Of a stretch of 60,920 nucleotides of DNA, positions 28,381 through 38,379 are shown piece by piece. The stretch's first letter is position 1. Every line of letters starts with the position of its first letter. Made by a program: the position numbers and the translations under genes. The stretch spans positions 1 to 60,920 of the forward strand of contig MNEU01000086.1 of assembly GCA_001917855.1 (NCBI GenBank), given 5' to 3'. The notes beneath the pieces are model-generated. The model searched no databases and had not been told where the DNA came from. It saw only the letters and a program-made list of their open reading frames with translations. This stretch comes from Armatimonadetes bacterium 13_1_40CM_64_14 (GTDB lineage Bacteria > Sysuimicrobiota > Sysuimicrobiia > Sysuimicrobiales > Kaftiobacteriaceae).

Positions 28381-30147
28381 CTACCGGCGCAGGAACCAGC
28401 GTTCCACCTGTGCGACCGGAACGGTCACCAGTGTGGGCCGTCCGTGGAAACACGTAAACGGATCCTCGGTCTGGGCGAGATCATGGACGAGTGCTGCCAT
28501 CTCTTCTCGCGCCAACGGATCCCCCGCCTTGATCGCGCTGTGACAGGCGGTCGTGATCGTCAAGCGTTCGAGCACCGCCTGTGGCGTGGAGACCCGATCT
28601 CCCTCGGCCAGCTCGGCCAGCAGATCGGCCAGCAGCTGCTGGGGAGCGCCCTGCGATGCCACGTGGGGCACGGCCCGGACGAGAACGGTCCGGTCACCAA
28701 ACGGCTCTAGATCGAATCCCAGTTGCGCCAGTACGCCTTGGTGCGCGGTGAGCACCGCAAACCCGTCGGCGGGCAAGCTGACCGGGATCGGCGTTACCTG
28801 GAGCTGGGTGGACGGTGCCCCACGGGCACGAGATCGCAGAAGACGCTCATAGAGGACACGCTCGTGGGCCGCGTGCTGATCAATCACGATTAACCCGTCT
28901 GCGCCTTCGGCCAGCAGGTAGCTTCCATGCAGCTGTCCCAGCAGCCGCATGGCCGGCAACCGTCCGGCTGCGGGAAGGGTCACGGGAGTCACAGCATCCA
29001 GGGGGCCAGCTATTGCCTCGATGGCCAGCGTTCCTGCGGCCACGGCGGTCGGCGCCGAGGTCGGCAACGCGGCCTCGACGGGCCGGACCAGCTGGGCGCC
29101 GCGCAGCACGCTGCGGATCGTCCGCTCGACGATGGCGAATACGTCGTGTTCATCGTCAAAGCGCACCTCGAGTTTGCGCGGATGCACGTTGACGTCCACG
29201 CGATGCGGGGATACATCTAAGAAGACAATAAAGGACGGGAATTTCCCGACCGGCACCAGCTGGTGGTACGCTTGCTCGACGGCACCGGTGAGCACGCGGC
29301 TTGATATCGGCCTGTGGTTCACGTAAAGATATTGTTGGCGACGGTTCGCGCGGACCGCCTCAGGCCGTCCTAACCACCCCCGAATCTGAATCTCACCCGT
29401 GTCTACCGAGAATGGTAAGGCCCGGCCAAACGCCGTCTCCCCCCACACCGAAGCGACGCGATCACCATCCACACCCGCCGGGTACCGCGCGACCTCTGCC
29501 CCTTCGTGAATCAAGCGAAACGTTACCGACGGGTGGGCGACAGCCAGCCGGTTGACCGTCTCGACGATGAGAGCGAATTCCCTCGATGCGGACTTGAGGA
29601 ACTTCCGTCTGGCGGGGGTGTTGAAAAACAGCTGCCGGACGGTCACCACGGTGCCGACTGCGACCCCGGCAGGCTCGTCGACCGCGACCGCGCCCCCTTC
29701 CAGCCGCACCCGCCGACCTACCGTCTCCTGGGCCACGGCACTGGCAATCTCCATCAAGGAAACCGCCGCGATGCTCGGCAAAGCTTCGCCACGGAAACCA
29801 AAGCTCCGAATCGCCTCCAGGTCGTCGGCGGTTGACACCTTGCTGGTGGCAAAACGCTGGAGAGCGAGGGGCAGGTCCTCGGGATGAATCCCCATGCCGT
29901 TGTCGCTGATCCGAATCAAATCGACACCCGCGCCATCGACCTCGATCACGATCTGGGTGGCGGCGGCATCGAGGCTGTTCTCGACCAGTTCCTTGACGAC
30001 CGACGCGGGACGCTCGACGACTTCTCCCGCGGCGATCCGATCGGCCACGGACGACTCCAGAATTCTGATCCGGCCCACGGTGGGCACCCGAGTTCTAGCT
30101 CCGGAGTCGGGGGTCATGGTCACAGGTGGCTGGGCAGGCTGCGTCAT
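28381..30147 (-). CDS. mutL: mismatch repair endonuclease MutL
   Basis: IAAGEVVERP, GFRGEAL, DVNVHP, DQHAAHER, ACH, CFHGRP; start approximate. Confidence 0.96.
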   Translation of the reverse strand: MTQPAQPPVTMTPDSGARTRVPTVGRIRILESSVADRIAAGEVVERPASVVKELVENSLDAAATQIVIEVDGAGVDLIRISDNGMGIHPEDLPLALQRFATSKVSTADDLEAIRSFGFRGEALPSIAAVSLMEIASAVAQETVGRRVRLEGGAVAVDEPAGVAVGTVVTVRQLFFNTPARRKFLKSASREFALIVETVNRLAVAHPSVTFRLIHEGAEVARYPAGVDGDRVASVWGETAFGRALPFSVDTGEIQIRGWLGRPEAVRANRRQQYLYVNHRPISSRVLTGAVEQAYHQLVPVGKFPSFIVFLDVSPHRVDVNVHPRKLEVRFDDEHDVFAIVERTIRSVLRGAQLVRPVEAALPTSAPTAVAAGTLAIEAIAGPLDAVTPVTLPAAGRLPAMRLLGQLHGSYLLAEGADGLIVIDQHAAHERVLYERLLRSRARGAPSTQLQVTPIPVSLPADGFAVLTAHQGVLAQLGFDLEPFGDRTVLVRAVPHVASQGAPQQLLADLLAELAEGDRVSTPQAVLERLTITTACHSAIKAGDPLAREEMAALVHDLAQTEDPFTCFHGRPTLVTVPVAQVERWFLRR

Positions 30148-30173
30148 CGCGTCTGCGCCACTGGCCCTCGCAT

Positions 30174-32861
30174 TCACGACCCCGCGCGATCAGGACCCTT
30201 GCGCCGTTTGAAGCGCACGACCTTCCCGGGCGGGACCGCCTCCTCCGGGGAGGGCCGCTGACGCAGTTGCTCCCGTAGGTCGTGCAGCGCCGCCATCGCA
30301 TCCATCGGGGTCATCGTCTCCAGGGGAAGCGCGAGGAGGGCGTCTTCAACTGCTGACCGCGACGCCAGGGGAAGCGGAAGCTGTGCCGCGCCCGACGCCC
30401 GCGCGGGGATGGGCGGCAAGAATGTCCCGTCGGCCGGAGGGAGGCCCGCCGTGGTCTCCAAACGATTCAAGATGCGCTGGGCTTGCTCGATCACGTCGCG
30501 CGGGAGCCCCGCGAGCTGAGCGACGTGGATGCCATAGCTGCGGTCCGCGCGGCCGTCGGCGACCGTCCGCAGAAACACGATGCGCTGGCCCTCCTCTTTC
30601 ACGAGCACGTTGACGTTGTGGACGCGTGACAGCAGATCCGCCAGCTCGGTGAGCTCGTGGTAGTGGGTGGCAAACAAAGTGCGGGCCCCGACGTGGTCAT
30701 GCAGATACTCGACGACCGCCCACGCGAGACTCATGCCGTCATACGTACTGGTCCCCCGCCCTACTTCGTCGAGGACAATCAGGCTCTGCCGGCTCGCATG
30801 GTGCAGGATGTTGGCAACTTCCTGCATCTCCACCAAAAATGTACTGCGACCGGTCGCGATGTCATCGGTGGCACCCACCCGGGTGAAGATACGGTCGACG
30901 AGGCCAACGCGTGCCGCCTCGGCGGGCACAAACGACCCGATTTGCGCCATCAACGTAATCAGCGCGACTTGGCGCAGGTACGTGGATTTGCCTGCCATGT
31001 TAGGCCCGGTGACGATGAGGATGGCGCGGTCGGTCGTCGAAGCGCTGACGTCATTGGGGACAAAGCGTTCGCCGGCGAGCAGGCGTTCAACGACCGGGTG
31101 CCGGCCGCCGCGGATCTCCAGCACCGGCTCGTCGGTAAGCGCAGGCCGCACGTACCCGTTCGCGGCGGCGACCTCCGCCAACGCACCGAGCACGTCGAGA
31201 TCGGCCACGGCATCGGCGGTGCGCAGGAGCGCCTCGGCATGGACAGCCACGCGGTCCCGCACGTCAGTGAGGAGTGCATACTCCAGCTCGGCGATGCGTT
31301 CGGCAGCCCCCAGGATCGCCGCCTCATGCACTTTCATTGCTTCAGTGATAAAGCGCTCGGCCCCCACCAGTGTTTGTTTGCGGACATAGTTTGAGGGCAC
31401 CTGGGATAGATTGGGCTTGCTGATCTCGATGTAGTACCCGAAGACCTTATTGAACCCGACTTTGAGTGATTTGATGCCGGTGCGGGTGCGTTCCTGAGTC
31501 TCGAGAGTGGCGATCCACTCCTTCCCCTCGCGCTCCACGCGGCGCAGCTCGTCCAGTTCTGCGCTGTACCCATCGCGTATCAGCCCGCCCTCCAGAACGG
31601 TCGCCGGGGGATGGTCGACAATGGCCGCATGAATCAATGTCGCTACCTCATCGTGCGGGCGGATCTCCTCCCGCAGGTGGGCCAGCGCACCTGGGACTTC
31701 GGCGAGGATCTGTCCAATCTCAGGTAACCTACCCAGCGAGCCCGACAGGGCCACCAAATCCCGCGCGCTGGCTGACCCGTGCCCGATCCGGCCGACGAGA
31801 CGCTGGAGGTCGGCGACCGAACGCAGCAAAGCCCGCAGCGTGCCTCGACCGCGTCCTGAGGATACGAAGTGTTCGACGGCACCCAGGCGTCGTTCCAGTG
31901 GAGCGCGGTCGACCAGAGGCTGTAGCAACCACTGCCGGATCCGGCGGGCACCCATGGCTGTACAGGTGTCATCCAATACCTCTGCGAGCGTTCCTGACGT
32001 CGTGCCATCGCGGAGGTTGCGCAGAATCTCGAGGTTACGGCGAGTGCCTGCATCCACCACCAACGAGCCGTCAGAGGCGTACGTGACAATCCTCCGAAGG
32101 TGCGCGAGGGGACTGCGCTGGGTTTCCTGCAAGTAGTGGAGCAATGCGCCCGCCGCACCGACGGCGGCTGGCAGATGTTCGCATCCGAACCCATCGAGTG
32201 TCGAGACTTTGAAGTGTGTCAGGAGGAGCTGGTGGGCGGTGGGGGCGTCGAACCGCCAGTCCTCCAAGGTGGTCAACCGGATACCGGAGGCTGCGGCCTC
32301 GGCGAGACGGGCAGCGGAGGATTCAGGCACTAAGATCTCTCGCGGCGCGAAGCGGGCGACTTCTTCCATCAACCGGGCGTCCCGGCCATCTGTGGTGAAC
32401 TCGGTAACCTGGAATTCGCCGGTCGAGAGGTCCGCCGCTGCAAGTCCCCACCCCCGATTAGATGGTGTGACAGCAACGAGGTAGTTGTTGGCATCCGGCG
32501 GCAGGAGGGCACTGTCGATAACGGTCCCGGGGGTTACCACTCGAACCACATCCCGGCGGACCAATCCCCGGGCTTTTTGGGGATCCTCGAGCTGATCACA
32601 GAGGGCAATCCGGTGGCCCCGTTCGACGAGTCGCGCCAGGTAGGTGTCGACCGCGTGGTACGGAACACCACACATTGGGATGCGCCCGCCTCGACCGACT
32701 TCCCGCGACGTCAGAGTGATGTCCAGGTCCCGGGATGCGACAAGGGCATCGTCATAGAACAACTCGTAGAAGTCGCCCAGGCGAAACATCAGTAGCATTC
32801 CCGGATAGCGCGCCTTCAATTGATGGTATTGCTGCAGCATGGGGGTCAGGTCGGTCTGCAC
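30174..32861 (-). CDS. mutS: mismatch repair protein MutS
   Basis: TPMLQQY, GDFYELF, TGPNMAGKST, STFLVEM, DEVGRGTS, FATHY. Confidence 0.98.
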   Translation of the reverse strand: MQTDLTPMLQQYHQLKARYPGMLLMFRLGDFYELFYDDALVASRDLDITLTSREVGRGGRIPMCGVPYHAVDTYLARLVERGHRIALCDQLEDPQKARGLVRRDVVRVVTPGTVIDSALLPPDANNYLVAVTPSNRGWGLAAADLSTGEFQVTEFTTDGRDARLMEEVARFAPREILVPESSAARLAEAAASGIRLTTLEDWRFDAPTAHQLLLTHFKVSTLDGFGCEHLPAAVGAAGALLHYLQETQRSPLAHLRRIVTYASDGSLVVDAGTRRNLEILRNLRDGTTSGTLAEVLDDTCTAMGARRIRQWLLQPLVDRAPLERRLGAVEHFVSSGRGRGTLRALLRSVADLQRLVGRIGHGSASARDLVALSGSLGRLPEIGQILAEVPGALAHLREEIRPHDEVATLIHAAIVDHPPATVLEGGLIRDGYSAELDELRRVEREGKEWIATLETQERTRTGIKSLKVGFNKVFGYYIEISKPNLSQVPSNYVRKQTLVGAERFITEAMKVHEAAILGAAERIAELEYALLTDVRDRVAVHAEALLRTADAVADLDVLGALAEVAAANGYVRPALTDEPVLEIRGGRHPVVERLLAGERFVPNDVSASTTDRAILIVTGPNMAGKSTYLRQVALITLMAQIGSFVPAEAARVGLVDRIFTRVGATDDIATGRSTFLVEMQEVANILHHASRQSLIVLDEVGRGTSTYDGMSLAWAVVEYLHDHVGARTLFATHYHELTELADLLSRVHNVNVLVKEEGQRIVFLRTVADGRADRSYGIHVAQLAGLPRDVIEQAQRILNRLETTAGLPPADGTFLPPIPARASGAAQLPLPLASRSAVEDALLALPLETMTPMDAMAALHDLREQLRQRPSPEEAVPPGKVVRFKRRKGPDRAGS

Positions 32862-33051
32862 ACCTCCTCAGTTCGGGGGACACCGGGCCACTCCTCGACG
32901 AACTCGGGAACACCGCGGGTGAAGCCGCGTCCAAGAAAAGTAAAGTGCGACGCGACAGGAATCCCAACCCGATGGCAGGGGCGCTGGAGGCATACGGTCA
33001 AAATGGTCTTGGAACATATCTTGCTTCTCCCCCCCATTTGAGGACCACCAA

Positions 33052-34125
33052 ATGGGCATCGTCGACCGGCAGCGCATCAGACAACGCGGCATCCTGACCT
33101 CTGCCGCCGGACTCTTGCTGGCGCTCGTGGTCACCGGCCTGCTCAACTATTTGGAATTCCGCACCATCACGTGGACGAACTTCCTCATCGGGCTGGCTGC
33201 AACCATCCTGGTGGAGAGCGCGTTGTGGGCGGCCGTCCGCGTGGGATGGGACACCCGAGTCAAGTGGGACGAACACTTTGTGTACACCCCCACGGTCGCT
33301 GGGACGCTGCTGCTCGCGTTGTACGTCTACCTCGCCCCATCGATGCACATGGTGCTCCTGATGGTGTGGCTCGCCGCACCGATTTTCATGGCGGGTCTAG
33401 TGGGCTTTGTGGGCGCGTTCTCGATGAGTGCCCTCATGGCCCTCTCCTACTTGGGCGTGCTCGCGGTGCTGGCTCACCAAGGCTACCCATTGTCCATGCC
33501 ATTCGAATCTGTCGTCACGCTCATCTTTGTGTCCATCAACGTCTTCACCGGAATGGTCTTGGAGAGGTTGCGGGCCGAACGGGCGGAGCGTCGCGTGCTG
33601 CGCGCCAGGCTGGCCGAACTCGCCATTACCGATCCTCTGACCAGTCTGTATAACCGGCGCCATTTTGAAGACATTCTGCGGGCGGAGATTGACCGGATTC
33701 GCCGCTATGGGGGCCACTGTGCGCTCGCCATGATCGACCTGGACTTCTTCAAGAACTACAACGACACACTGGGCCACCTCGCCGGCGACGCCCTTCTGCG
33801 GGAACTTGGGGCGCTATTGCGGGGTCAAATGCGCACCACCGACGTCCTGGCCCGATACGGTGGTGAGGAGTTCGCCCTCGTCATGGTCAACACGGCCAAA
33901 GATGAGGCCCAGACGGTGATGGAGCGCCTGCGCACATTGGTTGAGGAGTACCCCTTCCGCGGCGGAAGTATCCAGCCCTTTGGGCGCCTGACGGTCAGCG
34001 TCGGCATCGCCTCCTGCCCTCAGGACGGTGTGGGGTACGAGGAACTGATTCACAAGGCCGACGGGGCTCTGTATGCTGCGAAGCGCATGGGACGCAATCA
34101 GATCCAAGTTGCACTCCTGGCCTAG
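33052..34125 (+). CDS. membrane-bound diguanylate cyclase
   Basis: About 6 TM segments, DPLT.LYNRR, DLDFFK.YND..GH, RTTD I-site, RYGGEEF. Confidence 0.92.
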   Translation: MGIVDRQRIRQRGILTSAAGLLLALVVTGLLNYLEFRTITWTNFLIGLAATILVESALWAAVRVGWDTRVKWDEHFVYTPTVAGTLLLALYVYLAPSMHMVLLMVWLAAPIFMAGLVGFVGAFSMSALMALSYLGVLAVLAHQGYPLSMPFESVVTLIFVSINVFTGMVLERLRAERAERRVLRARLAELAITDPLTSLYNRRHFEDILRAEIDRIRRYGGHCALAMIDLDFFKNYNDTLGHLAGDALLRELGALLRGQMRTTDVLARYGGEEFALVMVNTAKDEAQTVMERLRTLVEEYPFRGGSIQPFGRLTVSVGIASCPQDGVGYEELIHKADGALYAAKRMGRNQIQVALLA

Positions 34126-34294
34126 GATTTCCCCCAAAACTTCCACAAAAGTGACGCCCCCCTGATCACTGTTTGACAACTGCCGGATAACTTTTCTCGC
34201 TCCTGGCATCCGAGTTGCTCCCTAGTTCCTGTGTGGCGCCCAAGGCGCCAATTAGGCCTCTGCCACCGGCAAGGGGCATGAAGGGAGCAAGGCA

Positions 34295-34453
34295 ATGCGG
34301 CACGAGGAGTTTGAGGCGATTCAGTTCAGGTTCAACGAGCTCGATCGCAAACTGCAGCTCATCCTGCTCGGCTGGGTCGTGAGCATCGCAGCCTTCATGG
34401 CCGGGGTGCACATGCTCACGGCAAACGCTGCCCTCCTGTCGGTGATCCGGTAA
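34295..34453 (+). CDS. 52-aa small membrane protein
   Basis: MRHEEFEAIQFRFNELDRKLQLILLGWVVSIAAFMAGVHMLTANAALLSVIR; SD AAGGGAG; below the ORF-track length cutoff. Confidence 0.6.
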   Translation: MRHEEFEAIQFRFNELDRKLQLILLGWVVSIAAFMAGVHMLTANAALLSVIR

Positions 34454-34609
34454 CTGTGGTTTCGGGCAGCTCTCCGTCGATCAAAGGACCGTCTGCGGGC
34501 AGCTAGTCACCTCAGGTCAACTCGTCCACGACGCTGAAGTATCTCCGCACTGGCATGAAAATTGCTCTAAACTTGCTCAAACGCATCGTGTCCCGTGGGG
34601 AGCGCTGCC

Positions 34610-35032
34610 ATGGCACACCGGCTGAAACTTGAAGATGTCGCCTGCGAGGTCGCCCTTTCCCGTAGCCGGGCTAGGGTCCAACTGCGGGATTCAGGTCTGA
34701 CCCACGTGGGGCTTGCAAGCAGCCGTACGGAAGGCGAGGACTGGCATGCGGTGGTCGCCCAGGCGACAGTGAATGCGATCCGCATGTATGTCGGGTTCAC
34801 AGGCGTCCAGATGCACTTCTCGCTCGGGGCCGTAAAGATCATCCCTGAGCCTCGTCCTGTAGTGATTGTATCAATCACCGCAGAATCCCAAGGCCGGGAA
34901 CTCTCTCTGGTCGGCTCTGCCCCCATGCGGGACGAGCCGCAGCGGGCTGTAGCACGCGCGGTCTTGCAGGCGCTGAATCGGCAGATTGAGGGGATCGCGG
35001 CTGCCGAACCGCATCTCCCGGCACCTGGCTAG
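34610..35032 (+). CDS. stand-alone LeuA-regulatory-like domain protein
   Basis: Aligns by eye with the C-terminal domain of 15387-16670 (ATV.A.R; VGSA...AV.+A...A.NR). Confidence 0.7.
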   Translation: MAHRLKLEDVACEVALSRSRARVQLRDSGLTHVGLASSRTEGEDWHAVVAQATVNAIRMYVGFTGVQMHFSLGAVKIIPEPRPVVIVSITAESQGRELSLVGSAPMRDEPQRAVARAVLQALNRQIEGIAAAEPHLPAPG

Positions 35033-35077
35033 ACTGACCCCAATCCAATTGAACAAGCTGGTCTACGATGTCTTGGC

Positions 35078-35662
35078 CTATAGTGACCGAAAGACAATGC
35101 GTCCATCCCATGCAGACGGCAGCTTCGGCAGTCTCCGGAATGCTCCTACTGGACCAAAGATAACGAGCTGATCAGCACGTGGCCCGAACGGGTTCACGAA
35201 CGCGCACAGGCGACGCGCCAAGGCGAGCACCTGCTCCCGTGATGCATCCGGATCGCTCACCGCAACGGCGACTCGACGCCCATCCCGCCAGACCCACAAC
35301 ACCGTGACGCGGCCCACCTGATCTTGGCCGTTCAACAAGTATCCCTCGGCTTGCATTTTCCGACGTGCACGCGCATAGAGGAGGCAGCGCGCTACGACGG
35401 AGTATGAGATTCGGACTTCTTCAGCTGGCAGCCCGAGAATCGCCACCCCCCGCCGGCCCAACGAGTATCCGCGCTGACTGCCCAAGTGGTGGATTGTGAG
35501 CAGCCGAGCGCGCCTCAATAGCCATAGGCGTTGCCAGAGTGCATGCGCTGAGGGGAAGAGATCCACCAAACACGCACTGTCACATGCGCGCGCTGCATGC
35601 ACCCGGGCGAGGATCTCCAGATCCCGGGAAGTCACCTGAACCCGTCCTCGCTGCACCGCCAT
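35078..35662 (-). CDS. Replic_Relax-like wHTH protein, nuclease motif apparently degenerate
   Basis: VTSRDLEILARV....LFPS....RL..L.RARLL...YSLGRRG resembles the Replic_Relax N-terminus; SD GGAGG. Confidence 0.55.
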   Translation of the reverse strand: MAVQRGRVQVTSRDLEILARVHAARACDSACLVDLFPSAHALWQRLWLLRRARLLTIHHLGSQRGYSLGRRGVAILGLPAEEVRISYSVVARCLLYARARRKMQAEGYLLNGQDQVGRVTVLWVWRDGRRVAVAVSDPDASREQVLALARRLCAFVNPFGPRADQLVIFGPVGAFRRLPKLPSAWDGRIVFRSL

Positions 35663-36299
35663 CAACTGATTTCCTCCAGACACCCAAGGGAAGTGGGACT
35701 ACAAGCGTACGCTCGCATCCGAGATCCTGAAGCCACCGGACGCGATCCTCCGTCGGCCCCGCCCAGATCGTTTCCCTGGCCAGATGCTTGAACTCTCGCA
35801 ACTTGTGCCGCATCTGCACTGCCGTGTAACGACCGTGGTCGTATTCGAGTGCCAGGCGTACCCCGCGGATGTCGGCGAGACCGTCAGGGAGAGCGCGCAC
35901 GGCCGGACCTACTGTCCCCGCCATCCGTGGGGCCTCCACATCCCTTGCGGATGTCCATGCGTCAAGCGATATGTGCAGTCGGGTTCGCAGCACCGCAACG
36001 CCAAGTTGATGCTCCACTTCGTGGCCGACCGTAGCCACAACCGCTGGACGGCCTAGACATCGTTGGGCCACCAATCGCCCAATGGGACTCAGGACCACAA
36101 TGTCCGTCGGGATCACCCGTCGGCTATAGCCCGTCGGCTTCAGCGCCGGTCGGGTGACCCTGACTAAGCGTTGCCTCACGAGGGTCCGCAGGAAGCCCAT
36201 CAAGTGTGGTTCCTCCTGCGAGAGGCCAATTAGAGACCACACACCGTCGATCGCGAGGATCCGGAGCAGATGGGATCGGCCTTCCATTATCGGATTCAT
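35580..36299 (-). CDS. Replic_Relax-like PD-(D/E)xK protein
   Basis: LSPIG...EHQLGV...LPDGL......LALEYDHG.Y....KL. Confidence 0.6.
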   Translation of the reverse strand: MNPIMEGRSHLLRILAIDGVWSLIGLSQEEPHLMGFLRTLVRQRLVRVTRPALKPTGYSRRVIPTDIVVLSPIGRLVAQRCLGRPAVVATVGHEVEHQLGVAVLRTRLHISLDAWTSARDVEAPRMAGTVGPAVRALPDGLADIRGVRLALEYDHGRYTAVQMRHKLREFKHLARETIWAGPTEDRVRWLQDLGCERTLVVPLPLGVWRKSVDGGAARTGSGDFPGSGDPRPGACSARM

Positions 36300-36307
36300 C
36301 TAAATAC

Positions 36308-36336
36308 TTGCAATTTACTATCAGCAAGAGTATTAT
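36308..36336 (+). promoter_or_regulatory. putative promoter of the transfer operon
   Basis: TTGCAA-17 nt-TATTAT in an AT-rich divergent gap; imperfect inverted repeat AATACTTGC...GCAAGAGTATT. Confidence 0.6.
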
Positions 36337-36369
36337 TGGGCCGCACAGATTTTGCGTCAAGGAGCACCT

Positions 36370-37707
36370 GTGGACGAATCGTGGAGTACCCTCTCACAGC
36401 GGGTGAAGGCGAAACTGGGTCAGCCGCTTCCCGATCTCCCGCCCGGTGATCCCGCCACCCCCGAGTTCTTGGAGTTGCTGACGCGGTTACGCAAGACCGA
36501 CCCTGATCTAGCCGAGGCTGTGATCAACGCTTACACGGGGACGGTTGAACCGTTACCCTCAGAACTCGAGGCGGCAGCCGAACGACGGCGCCAGCGCTTG
36601 TACCAACGCCTCCTCGCGCGCTTCGTCCGTCCTGATGGGTTGCGGACAGGTCGTGTACGGCTGAACCTGAGAAAGACGATCAACTACGGCATCGCCGCCG
36701 CAGCAATTCTCCTCATCATCTGGTCGCTCGTTCCAAAATCGCCACAGCGGTACAGGACGACGCGACGCGGGGACGCGGCCGCCTCACAAAGCCGGCGGCA
36801 GGAGATCTTGCCGTCGTTGACGCTATCCCCTTCCCCATCGCGTGAGCCGCGCCCGAGACCGTCTCTCTTAACGGGCGCACCAGATGCCGCTGCGTTGACG
36901 ATCAGCCGACCTGGGATTGCGGCGTCCCACCTGATTCCAAACGCCACGCGGGCCTCCAATTCGCCCGTGCCAGTGCGCGGTTCGGCGCCGACGGTCACTC
37001 CATCCGTCGTTGTCTTTGAGACCAACCACCAGCAGAGCCAATCAGCTCCGCCTGCTGGAGGGCGGTCCGAAAATGACTCGCCACAACAACAGCCCGTGCC
37101 GGTGATTGTCTACGACTCAGGCGGCACCCTCGCGGCAGGCAGTCAACTTCCGCGCGTCCCGTCGGCACCCAGCGCCACGCACCCGGCCGTCCTGGCCATT
37201 TCCCGTGGGCAGTTGTTGGAAGGGAAACTCGTAACGCCTGCCGTCGTGAGTTCCTCACGCGGGAGCACGCCAACGCTCGTCGAGATCACCCAGGGAGCCT
37301 TGCAAGGCGCCGTGCTTTTAGGACAGGCGACTAGAGCGCCAGACGGACTTGTGTTAATTCAGTTCAACGGGTTGATCGCTAAGGACGGAAGAGAGCACTC
37401 GTTCAGAGGCACAGCCTACGACCCGGGGCTGGGCAGCGTAGGGATACGGGGCCAGACGACGACGATGATGCCCGACGCTTCTTCCGCGCTTCTCGGCGCA
37501 ACCATGCAGTCGGTTGGCGATTACTTCACAGCTCGTGCACGCCAGACGCAAGTTACCACCCCAGGGGGACAGCAGGGTCCCACCTTATGGGACGGACTTG
37601 CTTCCACCGTAGCACGCGCGTTTGCACCTAGTTCGGAGGTTCCGCCCGGACCAACTGTGGTGACGCGACTGGATCGCGGACAGATCGTAACGATCCTAGT
37701 CTTATAG
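36370..37707 (+). CDS. VirB10/TrbI-like protein
   Basis: One TM, Pro/Ser-rich linker, C-terminal GQLLEGKL...GAVLLG...LIQF..L...G......AYD beta-domain; SD AAGGAG before GTG. Confidence 0.6.
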   Translation: MDESWSTLSQRVKAKLGQPLPDLPPGDPATPEFLELLTRLRKTDPDLAEAVINAYTGTVEPLPSELEAAAERRRQRLYQRLLARFVRPDGLRTGRVRLNLRKTINYGIAAAAILLIIWSLVPKSPQRYRTTRRGDAAASQSRRQEILPSLTLSPSPSREPRPRPSLLTGAPDAAALTISRPGIAASHLIPNATRASNSPVPVRGSAPTVTPSVVVFETNHQQSQSAPPAGGRSENDSPQQQPVPVIVYDSGGTLAAGSQLPRVPSAPSATHPAVLAISRGQLLEGKLVTPAVVSSSRGSTPTLVEITQGALQGAVLLGQATRAPDGLVLIQFNGLIAKDGREHSFRGTAYDPGLGSVGIRGQTTTMMPDASSALLGATMQSVGDYFTARARQTQVTTPGGQQGPTLWDGLASTVARAFAPSSEVPPGPTVVTRLDRGQIVTILVL

Positions 37708-37731
37708 GGAACGCGCCCAAGGAGGACGCGC

Positions 37732-38052
37732 ATGCGCACACATCAGGTCGCATGGCTTGTGTTGATCTCCCTAGCGATTGTGAACATTTTCGCGACGCCG
37801 GTGGTTGCGCAGATCAGCACCGAGCAGGCATTGGGGCCTTTTCAGCAGTTCCTGCGCGGGCTGGTGATGTGGATGTTGGGCCCCGGGCGCCTTATTATCG
37901 CCGCGGCGTGGATTCTTTCCGGGTTTCGGGTTGTGCTAGGTATGGATCGGGGCGCGGGTCCCTTCGTTCTCGTCGCGCTGGTCGGCTTCGCCATCGTTTT
38001 CGCACCCCAGATCCTCGGTGCACTGGGCATCGATGTGAGCCCATACATCTAG
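37732..38052 (+). CDS. VirB2/TrbC-like pilin
   Basis: Signal peptide plus two hydrophobic helices (G.AIVF.APQI); position before virB3/virB4. Confidence 0.7.
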   Translation: MRTHQVAWLVLISLAIVNIFATPVVAQISTEQALGPFQQFLRGLVMWMLGPGRLIIAAAWILSGFRVVLGMDRGAGPFVLVALVGFAIVFAPQILGALGIDVSPYI

Positions 38053-38058
38053 GCGCCC

Positions 38059-38379
38059 GTGTTGCGCTCTCCCATCTACCGCGAAATCGACCAATCAGTG
38101 ACCCTCTGGGGCCTGGAGCCCGATGATGTGGTCGTGCTGGCCACTGTTGGCTACTTCGTGGGGGCGTTAACATCTCAACTGCACCTCCGTGTAGGACCGA
38201 TCGACGCTACGCTGCTAGCGTCCTGCATGGGGATCGCTGCAATGTTCTCATCCTGGCTGTACTTCCGGCGGGGAAAGCCCCGGTACTACGCGCACGACCT
38301 CTTGCACGCGGCTTCAGAACCGGATGTCTGGATTGTTACCGCAGATCTCCAAGCGCGCCCCGTTACGCGAGGGGCATAA
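38059..38379 (+). CDS. VirB3-like membrane protein
   Basis: IYREID...LWGLE..D, two TM, RRGKP. Confidence 0.7.
   Translation: MLRSPIYREIDQSVTLWGLEPDDVVVLATVGYFVGALTSQLHLRVGPIDATLLASCMGIAAMFSSWLYFRRGKPRYYAHDLLHAASEPDVWIVTADLQARPVTRGA

Noticed and set aside
32865-32920. Imperfect repeat TCGGGGGACACCG / TCGGGAACACCG upstream of mutS as an SOS box or array
   Set aside because: Does not fit GAAC-N4-GTTC and has only two short copies.
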